A stretch of DNA of 64,000 nt from Flaccisagitta enflata (lineage: Eukaryota): the NCBI GenBank assembly GCA_965153355.1, contig OZ231126.1, positions 22,134,001 through 22,198,000 on the forward strand, given 5' to 3'. Positions 41,498-54,806 of this stretch are shown here, one piece after another; the stretch's first letter is position 1, and each line of letters begins with the position of its first letter. The notes under the pieces are model-generated. The model saw only the letters and a list, made by a program, of their open reading frames with translations, was not told where the DNA came from and did not search any database. Made by a program: the position numbers and the translations under genes.

Positions 41498-41671
41498 AGT
41501 TCATGAAGTGGAAATCCTTTGAAAACGTCTCATCAACGACTTAACCGTCTTTTCTTGCCCTTTGACCCTTTTTGATTGTCCTGGGTATTTAGACCATCAG
41601 CACTCGGTATTACTTGGTCCTCTTGGTTTCTTCTTGGGGCTAACCCTAACTGACCTTGTCTTTCTTCTTTC

Positions 41672-41738
<67 letters not shown>

Positions 41739-42167
41739 TTTTTCTTTCCTTCTTTCTTTCTTTCTTTCTTTATTCATTTTTTCTTTTCTTTCTTTCCATC
41801 TTCCCTTTTGTCAATCTCTCTACCATAACTCCTTTCTACTTTCTGTCTGCCTTCTACCATTTTCTTCTTTCTTTTTTTTTTTTTCTTTCTTTTTTTTTTC
41901 TTCCTTTCTTTTCTTTTCTTCTCTTTTTGTTCCCTCTCTTTTTTCCCTTTTTTTTTTTTTCCTTTATTCTCTTTATTCCTCCATGCTTGCTTCCCTCCAT
42001 TCTCTTTTCCCTCCTCTTCTTTTCTTTAGTTTCGCTTCCTCTCCTTTGCCTCCTGCCTTTTTCCAAACCTCCAACTGTCTTTCCTATAAATTATCTTCTT
42101 TTTGCGGAGGCTCGGAAGACTTTTAATTTGCGCTGGGAACAGAATTCGGATCGTGATTGGTTTGTGA

Positions 42168-42385
42168 GGGGCCGTTTCTAGTCAGAGACAATCGCGTTTT
42201 ACGTAACGGGCCACTTGGTCGCTCGCTACGTTTGTTCGCTCGCACCGCTCACTCTGCTTACTCGCTCCGCAGCGCTCTGCTTTGCCATGCTTGTTTCACT
42301 TGCTCCGTTCACGGGCTCGCTCACTCACTTCGCTCACTCCCTCGTGAGAACAAACATGTTTTTCATCTTCACTAGAAACACGCCC
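42168..42385 (+). mobile_element. MITE (PIF/Harbinger-like ends) with CGCT-rich interior, copy 1
   Basis: TGA|GGGGCCGTTTCTAGT ... ACTAGAAACACGCCC|TAA. Confidence 0.7.
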
Positions 42386-42546
42386 TAAATCTGTGTCGCG
42401 TACTTAAGATGGAAATGGGCTAATGTACAAACATGCTCAGATCGGAATGTGGTCAAATGCGATATAACCGACAAAGGCAAAGGATTTTGACGCTGCCTGG
42501 AGTTGGAATTGCAAAAAGTATGGGGCAATGGGCATAATGATACTAA

Positions 42547-42796
42547 GGGCATGTGTCTAGTGACGACCAAAAACGCGTTCTCAAGGTGAACACATATTCA
42601 TGAATTTCAACTGTCCCACGAGGGAGTGAGCGAAGTGAGTGAGCAAGCCCGTGAATGGAGTAAGTGAGCAAAACAAGCATAGCAAATCAGAGCGCTACAG
42701 AGCGAGTGAGCGGAGTGAGCGGGGCAAGCGAACGAACGTAGCGAGCGACCGAGTGGCCTGTTTAAAACGCGATTGTTTGTGACTAGATAGGCACCC
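42547..42796 (-). mobile_element. Same MITE family, copy 2, inverted and abutting the Hox stop codon
   Basis: TAA|GGGCATGTGTCTAGT ... ACTAGATAGGCACCC|TCA; about 175 bp of interior is the reverse complement of copy 1. Confidence 0.75.
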
Positions 42797-43065
42797 TCAG
42801 TTAGCAATTGAGATAGTGTCATGGGGTGTGTAACTGTGTGAGTCTCGCAGTTTCTTGCTTTTCATCCTACGGTTTTGAAACCAAATCTTCACTTGCCGTT
42901 CTGTGAGACTGGTTCTGTATGAGAGCTCGTAACGCTTTTGCTTGGTGATGTAAGTGTTGGAAAGATATTCTTCCTCGAGCAAATAAGTGACCCATTTCTC
43001 GTAGGGCTTCCGCTTTGTCCGGCATTTTCCGCCGGAAGTACACGCGTGGAAGAAGTTTGTCGGGT
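42797..43065 (-). CDS. Posterior Hox gene, homeobox exon (homeodomain 43024-42845); resembles chaetognath PostB by recollection
   Basis: Acceptor ttcaattttcaacag| (G+AC = Asp, phase 1). Translates [89 protein letters not shown]. The KRKPY arm and [12 protein letters not shown] helix 3 are posterior-Hox hallmarks. Spliced CDS is 641+218+269=1128 nt, 375 aa. Confidence 0.95.
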
Positions 43066-43598
43066 CTGTTGAAAATTGAAGTGGGGGGGGGACGATGAAG
43101 AAATGAGAAAAAACCTAGTTTAACGATTTTGCTTAGGATACCAAGGTTTTTGTGAAATGATTTTTCACACCTTGTTTACATGTGAAAAAATATTTCATTT
43201 TCAACTCGTTTACGCCTGCTCAAGCTGATGTAGAGGCTTGGTCCAATAAGGAGGCAACCAGCTTACAACCGAGAGATCTCAGTTTGTGGATGCCCTAAAA
43301 TTTAGAGATTTAATGTGAGCTACTGTTACAGCAACCATGTAAAGGTACAGAAAAGACAGGTACTTTTTTTCACTGATTAAATCCGTAATGAAAAGATGTC
43401 TCGCTCACAAATGCAAAAAGTATCGAAGCTGTTCAAATAAAAAAGCAATATCTAGCTCAGTTCAAATAGCAGAATCTTTGACTTCCATCAGCCTATATCT
43501 GTCAAGTAACTTGGGAAAGAATCGTTTTTTGCATATGATTTTGAGATTGTATAAACGTTATATGATACAACATTCAAATTAGCACACACACAAACACA

Positions 43599-43645
<47 letters not shown>

Positions 43646-43891
43646 AGCCTATTCACTCGATCACCGCATCGATCATGATGCTCCCTTGATTTCCTCTCAA
43701 TTTTACGTGCAATCTCACTCATCTTTGAGAATTCTTTGGGATCATCGGCTTGTGACAAACCTTGTCGGTCAGTTTGGTTCGCTTAGCAGTGTGAAGATCA
43801 TGGTTTCATTGCCATCGAAAGAAAGAAAAAAAGAAAGATAGAAAGAATGAAAGAAGGACAGAAAGAAAGATAGAAAGAATGAAAGAAAGAG

Positions 43892-43966
<75 letters not shown>

Positions 43967-43974
43967 ATGAAAGA

Positions 43975-44033
<59 letters not shown>

Positions 44034-44556
44034 TGTGAGTGTGTGTTTGTTCGTGATTTTGGAATGATACGCTATTTTGTACCACATTACTTTAATGTTA
44101 TTTCAAATGTTCAATCTACTCTGATGGTTGTTCATACTAGCAATTCTTTTTCAAATGGTACAGCGATATTCGCCTAAGGGTTATTAAATGTACTTGTTCC
44201 CGCCAAGAAATAGAAAATATCAAGTTGGTATCGGGTAGCAAAAGATACAATGCCTCGATGAGTAAAACATAAAAAGCCAAACATATCCACACCCATCGGC
44301 CTCCATTTACTGGGACAATGTTCACCCAAAGGCCTAAAGAGCAGCCGAAAATGCATCAAAGTAAGCCGCGTTTACGCCCTAAAATGCGCGGCACGATCTG
44401 CATCAGAACATCAAAGAAGGCGATGTTGATCTATCGGCCATTTCATGTCAAACCAAAACGTGGATGAGACTAACTCGAGAGCCCAAATTGACGAAGAACT
44501 GGAAAGAATGATGGCCTTTTAATCGAACATCCCGACGAAGGACGGGGATGAGAGGG

Positions 44557-44946
<390 letters not shown>

Positions 44947-45804
44947 CAGGGATAAGGATGCACTGGGATGAATGACGGCAGAGGACAAAAAGAGATTTTG
45001 CAATCATGATAAGGATGCTAACGCACCACAGAATATAGAGGATGCGAACGCGCATCCACCCCAAAAGCGTTCGCATCCATGCTTTTTTGCACTGTCCTTG
45101 TCCTCGACCTCCAAATTCAAAACAAAAACACCATAAATGGCTGCATGTGTTTGTAGCAAGAACAAAATATGAAATGTGTAATGTGTGTGTGTGTGTGTGA
45201 CACAAGGCAAGGTGTGTATGTGTCAGTGCTGGAGACCATTTGCCACTGGCCAATCATTTCAACTTCAGGTTACTTTTTTCTGTTTTTTCTTCTGCCTTTC
45301 ATGAATTTTATTTCTTGCTCTTCCTTCATTCTTCTTTCCTCTCTGTTTCTTTCTTCCTTCCCTTTTATTCCTTCTTCTTCATTCCTCTTTTCATTCCTTC
45401 TTTTCTGATCCCTTCTTTTCTTGCTTCTTTTGTTGTTCTTTTGTTTTTTCCATTTTTCTTCTTCTTCTTCTTCTTCTATTCTTTCTTCTTCTTCCTCCAT
45501 TCTTTCTTCGTCTCATTCTTTTCCTTCTTCCTCTTCCTCTGATCTCTTCTTCTTTTCTTTCCTTCTCTCCTTTTCTTTTCTTTTTCTTCTTTTTCCTACA
45601 TTCTTCTTCTTCTTCTTCTTCTTCTTCTTTTCTTCTTTCATTTTTCTACTTTACATAAGAGAAAGTGTAGAAGCGGGCGAAAACGCTGCATCATGTGAAC
45701 GCCAGTTAGCAACCAAAACAATGATGACGCGTGAATGCGACAGCGCGAGCGTTAAAACGAAGCAAGCGAACGCTTTTGAAAATCCTGCGCATCCTACACA
45801 CACT

Positions 45805-45943
<139 letters not shown>

Positions 45944-47544
45944 CAGCAAAATTTCAATTTCATATTTGCCTTTTAGATTGAGGACGTTACATTTTACGAT
46001 ATACTTATTATGTCAATGAATATCGTCTTCCATCCCCACTCGAGGCCAGGTGATCAATTGAAGCCAAAAAAAAATCCAATTTTGGGGGGCTGTCACACTA
46101 AAACTCTCCGATTTCATCCAACTAAGTTGTGTTAGTAATAGTTTAAACATATCAACCAACGGAAAAATATTGCATAAAACTTTCATTGCAAAATCACGGG
46201 GTTTATGCATTTATTTCGCTTATTTGACAGGTGTCCAACGTAGTGGATTTTTCCCCCTTGACAAATGAGACAAGGCAGCAGATGATTCAGATAGGATGGG
46301 AAATGAGGATGGTCAAGAGTGACCAAAGATTCATTATGACTCATCCTCTGGCTGACCATTAACTCGAAGAGGGGAAGACGGGTGGGAGGGGGGGTGAGGA
46401 TGCGGTGAAAAAAAGTTTGAATTGAGATTTATGATTTCCAACTCAAAACATAAACCAAGCTTAGAGCCACGATTTATGGATAGCTCGAGTTTCGAAACCA
46501 TTTGACCGTGCCGGTGAAATGGGAAAAGTCCAGCTCTCTTTTTTCTTTTTGCGGCAAAAAAAGTAAAAAAGAAAGAGAGCTATTTGAAAACAAAACAAAA
46601 CGAAACACAAAACCCAAAACCCAAAACACAAAACACAAAACACAAAACACAAAACACAAAACACAAAAAAACAAAAAACAAAAACCAGGACAATCAGGCC
46701 ATGATGTGTGCCCGATGATAGGTTGAGCGAAAATGTAACCAAGCAACAGACAGAAAGACGGCCGAAAGATGTTTACTAAAATAGATATGTAAAAACATAC
46801 GTAAAATGACGAATTTTGAAAAAAAAGCTGTAAAGAAAAGAAAATAATTAAAAAGAAACTGGTATCGTAAAAACATCATCTTTAACGATCCTACACCGCT
46901 AATCAAGAGGGAAATATTTACGGCCAGAAAAAAGAAATAAAACAAACCACAAAGATGAGGCAAGATCGAGGAAGTCTGAGCTTATTACAGGGCCCTCCTC
47001 TGTAATCGTCGGATGGTCGGGCCGGACCCCAAAAAGGAGGCCCAAAGCCCAAGGCCCAACCCATGCAGTTAAGCATTAGTATTTATTGTCAAAGAGGTAG
47101 AAGAGAGAGAGAGAGAGAGTTATTACATGTACTTGGCTACATCTCGACACTTCTCTGGTCGGTAATGAGACATTGTCCGCAATTCAGCAAGAATCGAAAG
47201 AACAATGAATATATTTGATTTGTAAGCCCGATCGTTTTGGCTTTTGTAGCTTTTCCTTTGGGTTCCTGTCTTGAAGTCGGTGTGAGGCAGCTCTTAGACG
47301 TATTTTCTGCAAATGTGCAGTCTCCAACCGAATTGATGAGTGATGAGCCTCAGCTCAATGACATTTGGATTCTTTATCGTCGAACTTCATCTTCGTGAGG
47401 TCAACGAACGTCCGGGCGATTTCGTCCGGAGGCGCGCAGACCCAGGAAACAGTTCCACCTACAGCGGCAACGTCAGCATGTTCCACCTACGCACCGACAT
47501 CTTGACAATTTTGCAAAGGTTGTTATTGTTGTGATTGTTTTTGG

Positions 47545-47628
<84 letters not shown>

Positions 47629-47631
47629 TTT

Positions 47632-47668
<37 letters not shown>

Positions 47669-48039
47669 ACTCTAACGTTGATCGCCAAGCCGCGACTGAA
47701 GAATTCCTCAATGCTTTTCCTCGAACATCTTCCACCGAAATTTTTGAGGGATGAGCTGCTGCCCAAAGACGTATTAATTCTCTTTTTGTCGTCGTAACCC
47801 TTTTTCGTGAGGTGCAGGAGCGTCTTCGTGAAGAGGCGCCAGAACCCGAAAGCGTGTTCGCGTATTGAAAGCAGCATCTTCGCCTTTCTTCCAATTCACG
47901 TGCTCGGTTGATCAGCGGCATTCTATTTATTCTTAAGAGACTAAGGAAGACGCAATCATTCAGAAAAAAAGAAAGAAAATAAAGGAAAAACAGTTTGTTC
48001 AATTTAAACAAAATAAAATTATGAGAGAGATTTATTTTT

Positions 48040-48096
<57 letters not shown>

Positions 48097-48231
48097 ATTA
48101 CGGAAAAGATAGATGATATAGACAGCATTTGAGACAGACATGCTGGCCTGCAAAGCTACTGGGGACAAAAATAGTACTAGACAAGATCAATTACACAGAA
48201 AAGCCGAAAAACAGACTTACTGATAGGGGGC

Positions 48232-48296
<65 letters not shown>

Positions 48297-48340
48297 TACT
48301 GTCAGACAAACAGATAGGCTGACAGACAAACGGAGAGAGA

Positions 48341-48419
<79 letters not shown>

Positions 48420-48592
48420 GAGAGAGAGAGAGAGACTTACTTCATAGGGCAGACAGACAGTGACAGAGACAGACAGTGACAGAGACAGTGTATATTATAT
48501 TTATTTTTCAGACAGACAGACAAATAGACAGAGCAGACAGACAGACAGACAGACAGACATACTGTCAGACAAACAGACAGGCTGACAGACAA

Positions 48593-48688
<96 letters not shown>

Positions 48689-49315
48689 CTAGTCTCTTTT
48701 CTGATCGTTATTACATGCGTCAGGCAATAATTCTTTTTGCCTTTGAGGGGGGAAAAGTCGATAACATCGAAATTCGCTTTTCGACTTTTCGGCCAAAGGT
48801 TTTTCCATCCCCCAAATGTGTGCCTTTTGTCTTCACTTTTCTGTATGCATTTTGTTCTTTTTAGTTGCGGACACGCAACTCTATAAGAGGCTTTGTCCGT
48901 CCGTCCGTTGGTCGGTTGGTTGGTCCGTGGACACGGGTCGAAAAGTGAGGAAATGAGCGTTTTAGATTATCTTTAGTTGCCGACAGTTGCATTTCCGCCC
49001 TTGCCCACCCGTCCGCAACTGATGGCCGTGTATCCGGCCTTGTTTATCCCTTCGTGCACTCTACTCCTGTTCATACACATGTATGCTTTATTGTCAATGT
49101 GCATTTTGTCCCAGTTTGTACCAACTGTATTTTGCATAAATCTTTTTTCTGTTTGAGTGTTGGTGCATTTTTAACCCCGATATGATAATGTTGTACTTTC
49201 TTAGCCAGCCCTGACAACTTTTTTGTTGAAATTTTATAAGTGTTTTACAATTTGTCTTGTTGGCTGATGTATCTATGTATATTTGACATGTGCAAATGTC
49301 TGTCTCTCCCTCATC

Positions 49316-49390
<75 letters not shown>

Positions 49391-49589
49391 GCCTGTCTGT
49401 CCGTCCGTCTGGCTGTTTGTCTCAGCCTGTCTGTCTGTCTGTCTGACGGTGACTGTGTCTCTCTGTCTATCTGTGTCTGTCTGTTTCTGTCTGGCTCTCT
49501 GGTGCTGGCTCTCTCTCTTTCGTTTCAGTCCCGCGCTTCGTCTGCGTTTCGGGGCGGCTGGGATGAAAGGCTCCTTTCTCCATTCTCAC

Positions 49590-49807
49590 CTAAGCAGTTA
49601 CTGTCAATCTTGTTGAAGTCGAGTCCTCGATGGGACGAGTACCCCGTCACCCCGGCTGTCACCCCCGCCAGGTACTGTTGAGTCGAAGTCAGTCCGGCTG
49701 CTGCGGCGGCTGCGGCTGCGGCGGCCGCCGACGGATAGATGGAGGATGACGGATTTTCGAAGGACGAAGGGTGATGAGGGTTGAGAGACGTCGCCGCCGC
49801 GTAACGT
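49590..49807 (-). CDS. Posterior Hox gene, coding exon 2 (RYAAATSLNPHHPSSF...GLDFNKIDSNCL)
   Basis: Acceptor cattgcttccttgcag| (AG+A = Arg, phase 2), poly-Ala GC-rich island, donor TTAG|GTGAGA (phase 1). Confidence 0.88.
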
Positions 49808-49895
49808 CTGCAAGGAAGCAATGAAATGCGTTTGATATAAATCAATCTTTAAAAAGAAAATCTTTTTTTTTTTTTCTGAGAGTTGGAGAGATGTG

Positions 49896-50040
49896 ATTTT
49901 CAGTCGCGGACACGCGACTCTACACCTTGCCGTGTCCGTCCGTCCGTCCCGTTCGTCACATTTCTTAATTGCGAGCTTCTTTTGCATTACTGCTCCTGCC
50001 CAACCGTCCGCGACTGTCCTGCCGTGTATTCGGCCTTGTT
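49896..50040 (+). mobile_element. Compact HINE family-A copy in Hox intron 1; another copy at 51816-52038
   Basis: Subterminal IR AGTCGCGGAC / GTCCGCGACT, (GTCC)n, 3' hairpin GCCGTGTATTCGGC, CTTGTT. Confidence 0.82.
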
Positions 50041-51407
50041 ATCAAACAATCTGACATGAAAATGATGAAAGGTAAAGCTGAAAACGATGGAGGCGCAGAG
50101 GGGAATAGTTTTTAAGTAAATGAAGTCATTCAACAAAACTGACCAACCGACCAACCGACCTACCAAAATTCAATACAGTTTTAAGAAGGTTATGATCAAC
50201 ATCCACCATTGCGATTGTTGGTCAAAGAGTACCGGGGCATAAGGGTACAAGAATGCAAGGGTGCATGGGTGCAAGGATACAAGAGCAACAGAAATCGGCG
50301 CGGCGTACAACAACAAAAGACCCTGCATACTTCCAATAATTCGTTTTATTTCATGTACTGGCCATCGTAGAAATCTGACCGGAACAGTCCGGAACAGATA
50401 AAATTTTTTAAGTTCCTTGATATCCAGTTTAGCGAGGTCCAACTGAGTAGTCGAGGAAGTTGGTATAAGCTCAAACTGATATCAAACGGTTTTGCTACAA
50501 CCAAAGATCGCATTCCCCTTTCTGACTGATTTGTATACTGCAGTCAATAATGAAATAAATAAATATCATTTTACAAAAGAGTATGTTTGAGACGGCAGTG
50601 TCAATACCTCATCACTTACAGAGGCTTTAACACATACATCAATAATGGGTTTCAATCAATTCATTTCTACTGCTGAAATAAGCAGATCTAACATTGATTC
50701 ATCCGATCCGGGTGGAATATCTAATCATCCCATACATTTGCCTTTGATTGAGGCGCTGGGTGGTGCCTCAACAGGAGAGCAGGTTGGCGCACGCGGCGGC
50801 AGTCATTTCTCACAGCCCATACTGGTCAGCTAGTGTGACAAAACATACCAGTGGTAGAGTCTTGTTTTGTTTTGACAGCAGAAGTGAGTGGAAAGAATCA
50901 ATAAGCAACACACGATTGAAAAAAATTAATCTTTAAATCTCAGAGATTTGACCATCCTAAACGTCCAGCCTAAACCACTAACTTGTTTCAATTTCACTGG
51001 TTGCTTCAGAAACGAAACAATATTACTTTGCTCACGGAAGAGCGAGCTCCACTATGCCTCAACGCTTTTTAGTTTGAAGTATTCTATTTCCTCACACAGA
51101 CTAACATTTCTCTCAAGGATATTTTGCATTTCAATATCCTAACCATTATCTCCATCTCATCTCTTGATGTTTGCCCATTTGTACATCTCAGCTTTCTTTC
51201 GTAATTCCCATCTCTCTGTCGGCTCTCACTCATTCTTTTTTCCCTTTCAATCTTAAGTCTGATTGACCGCGTGACCTTTCGCGATCTCTTGTACTATGAT
51301 CCTCTTTTGATCATTATGCTCTGACCCTTTGACCCTCGATAGTCGTTTGCCAACGACTGCGCCAAATTAACGACTCTGCTGACCCTCGGACGAATAACGC
51401 ATCATGG

Positions 51408-51735
51408 CCCGCACCATGACGCACCATCGACCCTCTCTTAAGTACTGTTAAGACTAATTCTTAAGGAATATATGTATGAACCTGCTCGATCAGCCTGTAT
51501 CTTGGGCAGCACCATGACGCACCATCGTATCGACTGTATCTTAACTACAGTAAGGACTAATTCTCATGGAGATGCATGGACTTGGTCGATCCGCCTGTAT
51601 CTTGGGCATCACCATGACGCACCATCAACCGTCTCTTCAGTACTGTTAAGACTAATCATTATGGAGATGAATGGAATTGGTCGATCAACTTGAATCTTAC
51701 GCCGCATCATGATGCATGATCAGTACCGTTAAGCC
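51408..51735. repeat. ~98-bp tandem repeat, about 3.3 copies, in Hox intron 1
   Basis: CACCATGACGCACCATC...TACTGTTAAGACTAAT recurs at ~51412, 51510 and 51610, with a partial copy at ~51705. Confidence 0.85.
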
Positions 51736-52254
51736 TGATTGTGTAGGAGAGGCAGGTGAACCTAGTCAGTCATTCTGTACGTATGCTTTTCCCATCAACC
51801 ATCTTTGAGGTACCAAAAAACAAGGCCGGATACACAGCTACCCCAGTCGCGTGCGGGTGGGCAGGGGCCGTTATTGAGCTCACCAGATCATTTGGGCAGG
51901 AGCAGTGAAGCCAAAAATCCCAAAAACCCCCTAAAAATAAGGTGTGATGGACGGACGGACGGACGGACGGACGGACCGACGGACCGACGGACGGACCGAC
52001 AAAGCGGGGTGTAGAGTCGCGTAGCACGCGACTTCAAAAGCCACACTGACACTTTTTGTCTGAATCCATGTGGTCCCAGCCATCTTATAATCTCCATACT
52101 ATGAACTCTTTTGGTAGCTTTGCCTCGGGTTTCATAAAAAAGCTGCAAAATCCCTGCTTCGTAAAACAAAAACAAAAAAAAACAAAAACAAAACAAAACA
52201 AAACAAAACAAAACAAAACAAAACAAAACAAAACAAAACAAAACAAAACAAAAC

Positions 52255-52285
<31 letters not shown>

Positions 52286-52422
52286 ACGCCAATAAGGTGC
52301 GACGTGTGGACCGTCGAAGGAATGCGTTTCACAGACAGAGAGACAGACAGACCGACGGACACAGCCAGTTAAAGAGGTGCTTTGTCGCACCTAAAACAAA
52401 AATAAACTAAGGTAATCATCAC

Positions 52423-53063
52423 CTGAGATCCGAACAAGAAAGCCCCGGATAAGGATAGCTGCCGGAAAGCGACGCTGCAGCCGCCGCCGCTGTAGCCGCC
52501 TCCGCCGCCGCCACAGGGGATGTCTGATATTTGCTGTAAGCCGCGGCCGCTGCAGCCGCCGTCAATGAATTGAACATTTTGTAATGATAACTGTTGAGTT
52601 CGGAGGAAGAAACGGCGGCGGCCGCTAAAGACGAGACGGAAGAGGCTTGTTTGGCCGCGGCCACCGCGGCCGCCTGCGCGCTGTTGGGTAAAGAGTTGGC
52701 CGCGGCCGCGGCCGCGTACATCGAATGTGGGAAATATGAGGCGGCCATCGCCGCAGCTGACCTCGAATAGTCCGCCAACAAAGATGCTGTTGACAAAGGC
52801 GGTGAAACGCCCGCCGACGCCGCCGACGCTGCCGCTGCCATCGCCGCCGCCGCGGCAGATGGAGACAGTTTGGAAGCAGTTTCCGACGCCGACGTTGACG
52901 TCGGCGACGTCGTCGTCGTGATTGTCGTCGGGGAAGCAGCTGCCGCCGGAGCCATCGCCGCTGCCGCCGCCGCCGCCGCTGCAGCCACCGCGGAGGAGGA
53001 GGAGGAAGAAGCCGCTGAGGGAGCGGCGAAGCCTTCGGCGGTGGAAGAAAGCGACGTCAACAT
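52423..53063 (-). CDS. Posterior Hox gene, coding exon 1 (Ala/Ser-rich N-terminus, MLTSLSSTAEG...YPGLSCSDL)
   Basis: ATG at 53063-53061 in a GC-rich open frame with poly-Ala runs and Tyr/Pro motifs typical of Hox N-termini. Ends CTCAG|GTGATG (phase 2, weak donor), matching the phase-2 acceptor of exon 2. Confidence 0.85.
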
Positions 53064-53189
53064 TGGAAGATGACGGAAAAGAAGAAGAAAAATACGCTTG
53101 AACTTCCAGTTGAAGGTCAATCAGGATGAGAAGATAGGCAGATGATCGAGGATCAGGAGTTTTACGTGTGGAGGATTCCTTGAAAGGAG

Positions 53190-53475
53190 GCAATGATGAC
53201 GCGCCGATTTGAGCTTACGTGGTGTCACGCCGGTTGGCGTTAACGTGACGATTCGGACGTGACGCCGCTCTTCTACCGGAGAAATGGAGCTCAGCGCTTT
53301 GACAGACCCCGGATTTTTTGCTCAACGCCGATGTATAGCAAATGAAAAACGTTTTTCATTAAGGAAGATGACTAGATTTCTGTTCGTTTATCATTTGCAT
53401 AGATTTCGGAATTTTCAAGTGAATGCTAATCGGGCTTTGAAGAGCTTTGCTACTCGGAGGTTGACGTGACGCAAG
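53190..53475 (-). promoter_or_regulatory. Candidate proximal promoter / CpG-rich region of the Hox gene
   Basis: CpG-rich unique DNA about 130-410 bp upstream of the ATG, with ACGTGACG three times (53243, 53257, 53464). Confidence 0.4.
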
Positions 53476-53914
53476 GACTAGTAGAAGCTAGAAGCATCGA
53501 TATTGGACTAGTGTGCTAACGAGCCCAGGCATCGCGATCGAGGTAATTGTTTTAATCTACATCTATAATCTTTCAAGTATGGATTTAATCTTAAATTTCA
53601 GATGCCATAGTTTTTTTGTTTGTCTTTTTTTTGATCATTCAGTTTGTGACATTTTGTTCGGTTCACACTTTTTCTCAATTAGTTTCTTTGGAAGCCGGGA
53701 AAAAATAAGCTTCCCGTTATTTTTTCCTCCTGGGAGACGAGGGGGAAAAAAGAAGCAAGAATGAATGTTTGGGAGAAATGTATACGAATGAATATTATTC
53801 AAATTTCATTTCGTCTCCGCTTTCAAATAAAAAGTAAAAACCTTCTTCATCCTCCAAAAGCAGTAAAAAATGTCGTAAACACAGAGGGAAAGAGGAAGGG
53901 AGAGAAATAAAAAA

Positions 53915-54662
53915 AAACAGGTCGCCCAAGGGCAATATGTGGTCAGCGATACCCGTTGCCCTGCTTTGAGTGATTGTGAATTTGAGTGAGGGGAAGCAGG
54001 GCAGCGGCCCCGAAGGGGACGAAGTCCTGTAGAACACAGGGGGACTTTCGTTCGTCCTACCTGAAAAAGTGGATGAGATGCTATAGAGGGCTGACTGAAG
54101 GCATTCAAGAGCCTAAACTGAGGTCTAAGAAGGCTGATATAAGGCCTGAGAATGCCAATTGGAAGCTTGAGAGGGCTGACTTGAGGCTTGAGAGAGCTGG
54201 ATTAAGGCTTGGAAGGCCAGAGGACTGATTTGAAGCCTGGGAGCAATAAATTGAGGTTTAGATGGCTGATTTGAGGCCTGAGAGGCCTAATTTGAGGCAG
54301 GAGAGGCCAGACTTGAGGCCTGAGAATTTGGATTTGAGGCCTGAGAAGACAGATTTGAGGCCTGAGAGGCCAGATTTGAGGCCTGAGAAGCCAGATTTGA
54401 GGCATGGGAGGCTGGATTTGAGGCCTGTGAAGCCAGATTTGAGGCCTGAGAGGCCAGATTTGAGGCCTGAGAGGCCAGATTTGAGGCCTGAGAGGCCAGA
54501 TTTGAGGCCTGGGAGGCTGGATTTGAGGCCTGAGAGGCCAAATTTGAGGCCTGAGGGTCTGATGAGGGGGGGACTAATGAACGAACGGACAGATGGACGG
54601 ACGAACGAAAGTCCCCCTGTGTTCTACAGGACTTCGTCCCCTTCGGGGCCGCTGCCCAAAAA
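53915..54662 (-). mobile_element. Family-B element with ~60-bp near-perfect subterminal IRs and 21-bp array
   Basis: GGGCAGCGGCCCCGAAGGGGACGAAGTCCTGTAGAACACAGGGGGACTTTCGTTCGTCC has its inverse at 54598-54657; (GATTTGAGGCCTGAGAGGCCA)n lies between. Confidence 0.9.
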
Positions 54663-54665
54663 GAG

Positions 54666-54752
<87 letters not shown>

Positions 54753-54806
54753 AAGAATGCGAATGTTGGACGGAATAACAGACGGACACATTGTACTGAC
54801 ATGGAC

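Noticed and set aside
43235..43300. Possible tRNA gene
   Set aside because: No intact B box or cloverleaf.
52369..53193. 274-aa overlapping minus-strand ORF and antisense ORFs over Hox exon 1
   Set aside because: Shadow frames of GC-rich poly-Ala codons with no ATG start; only the Ala-rich frame splices in phase to exon 2.
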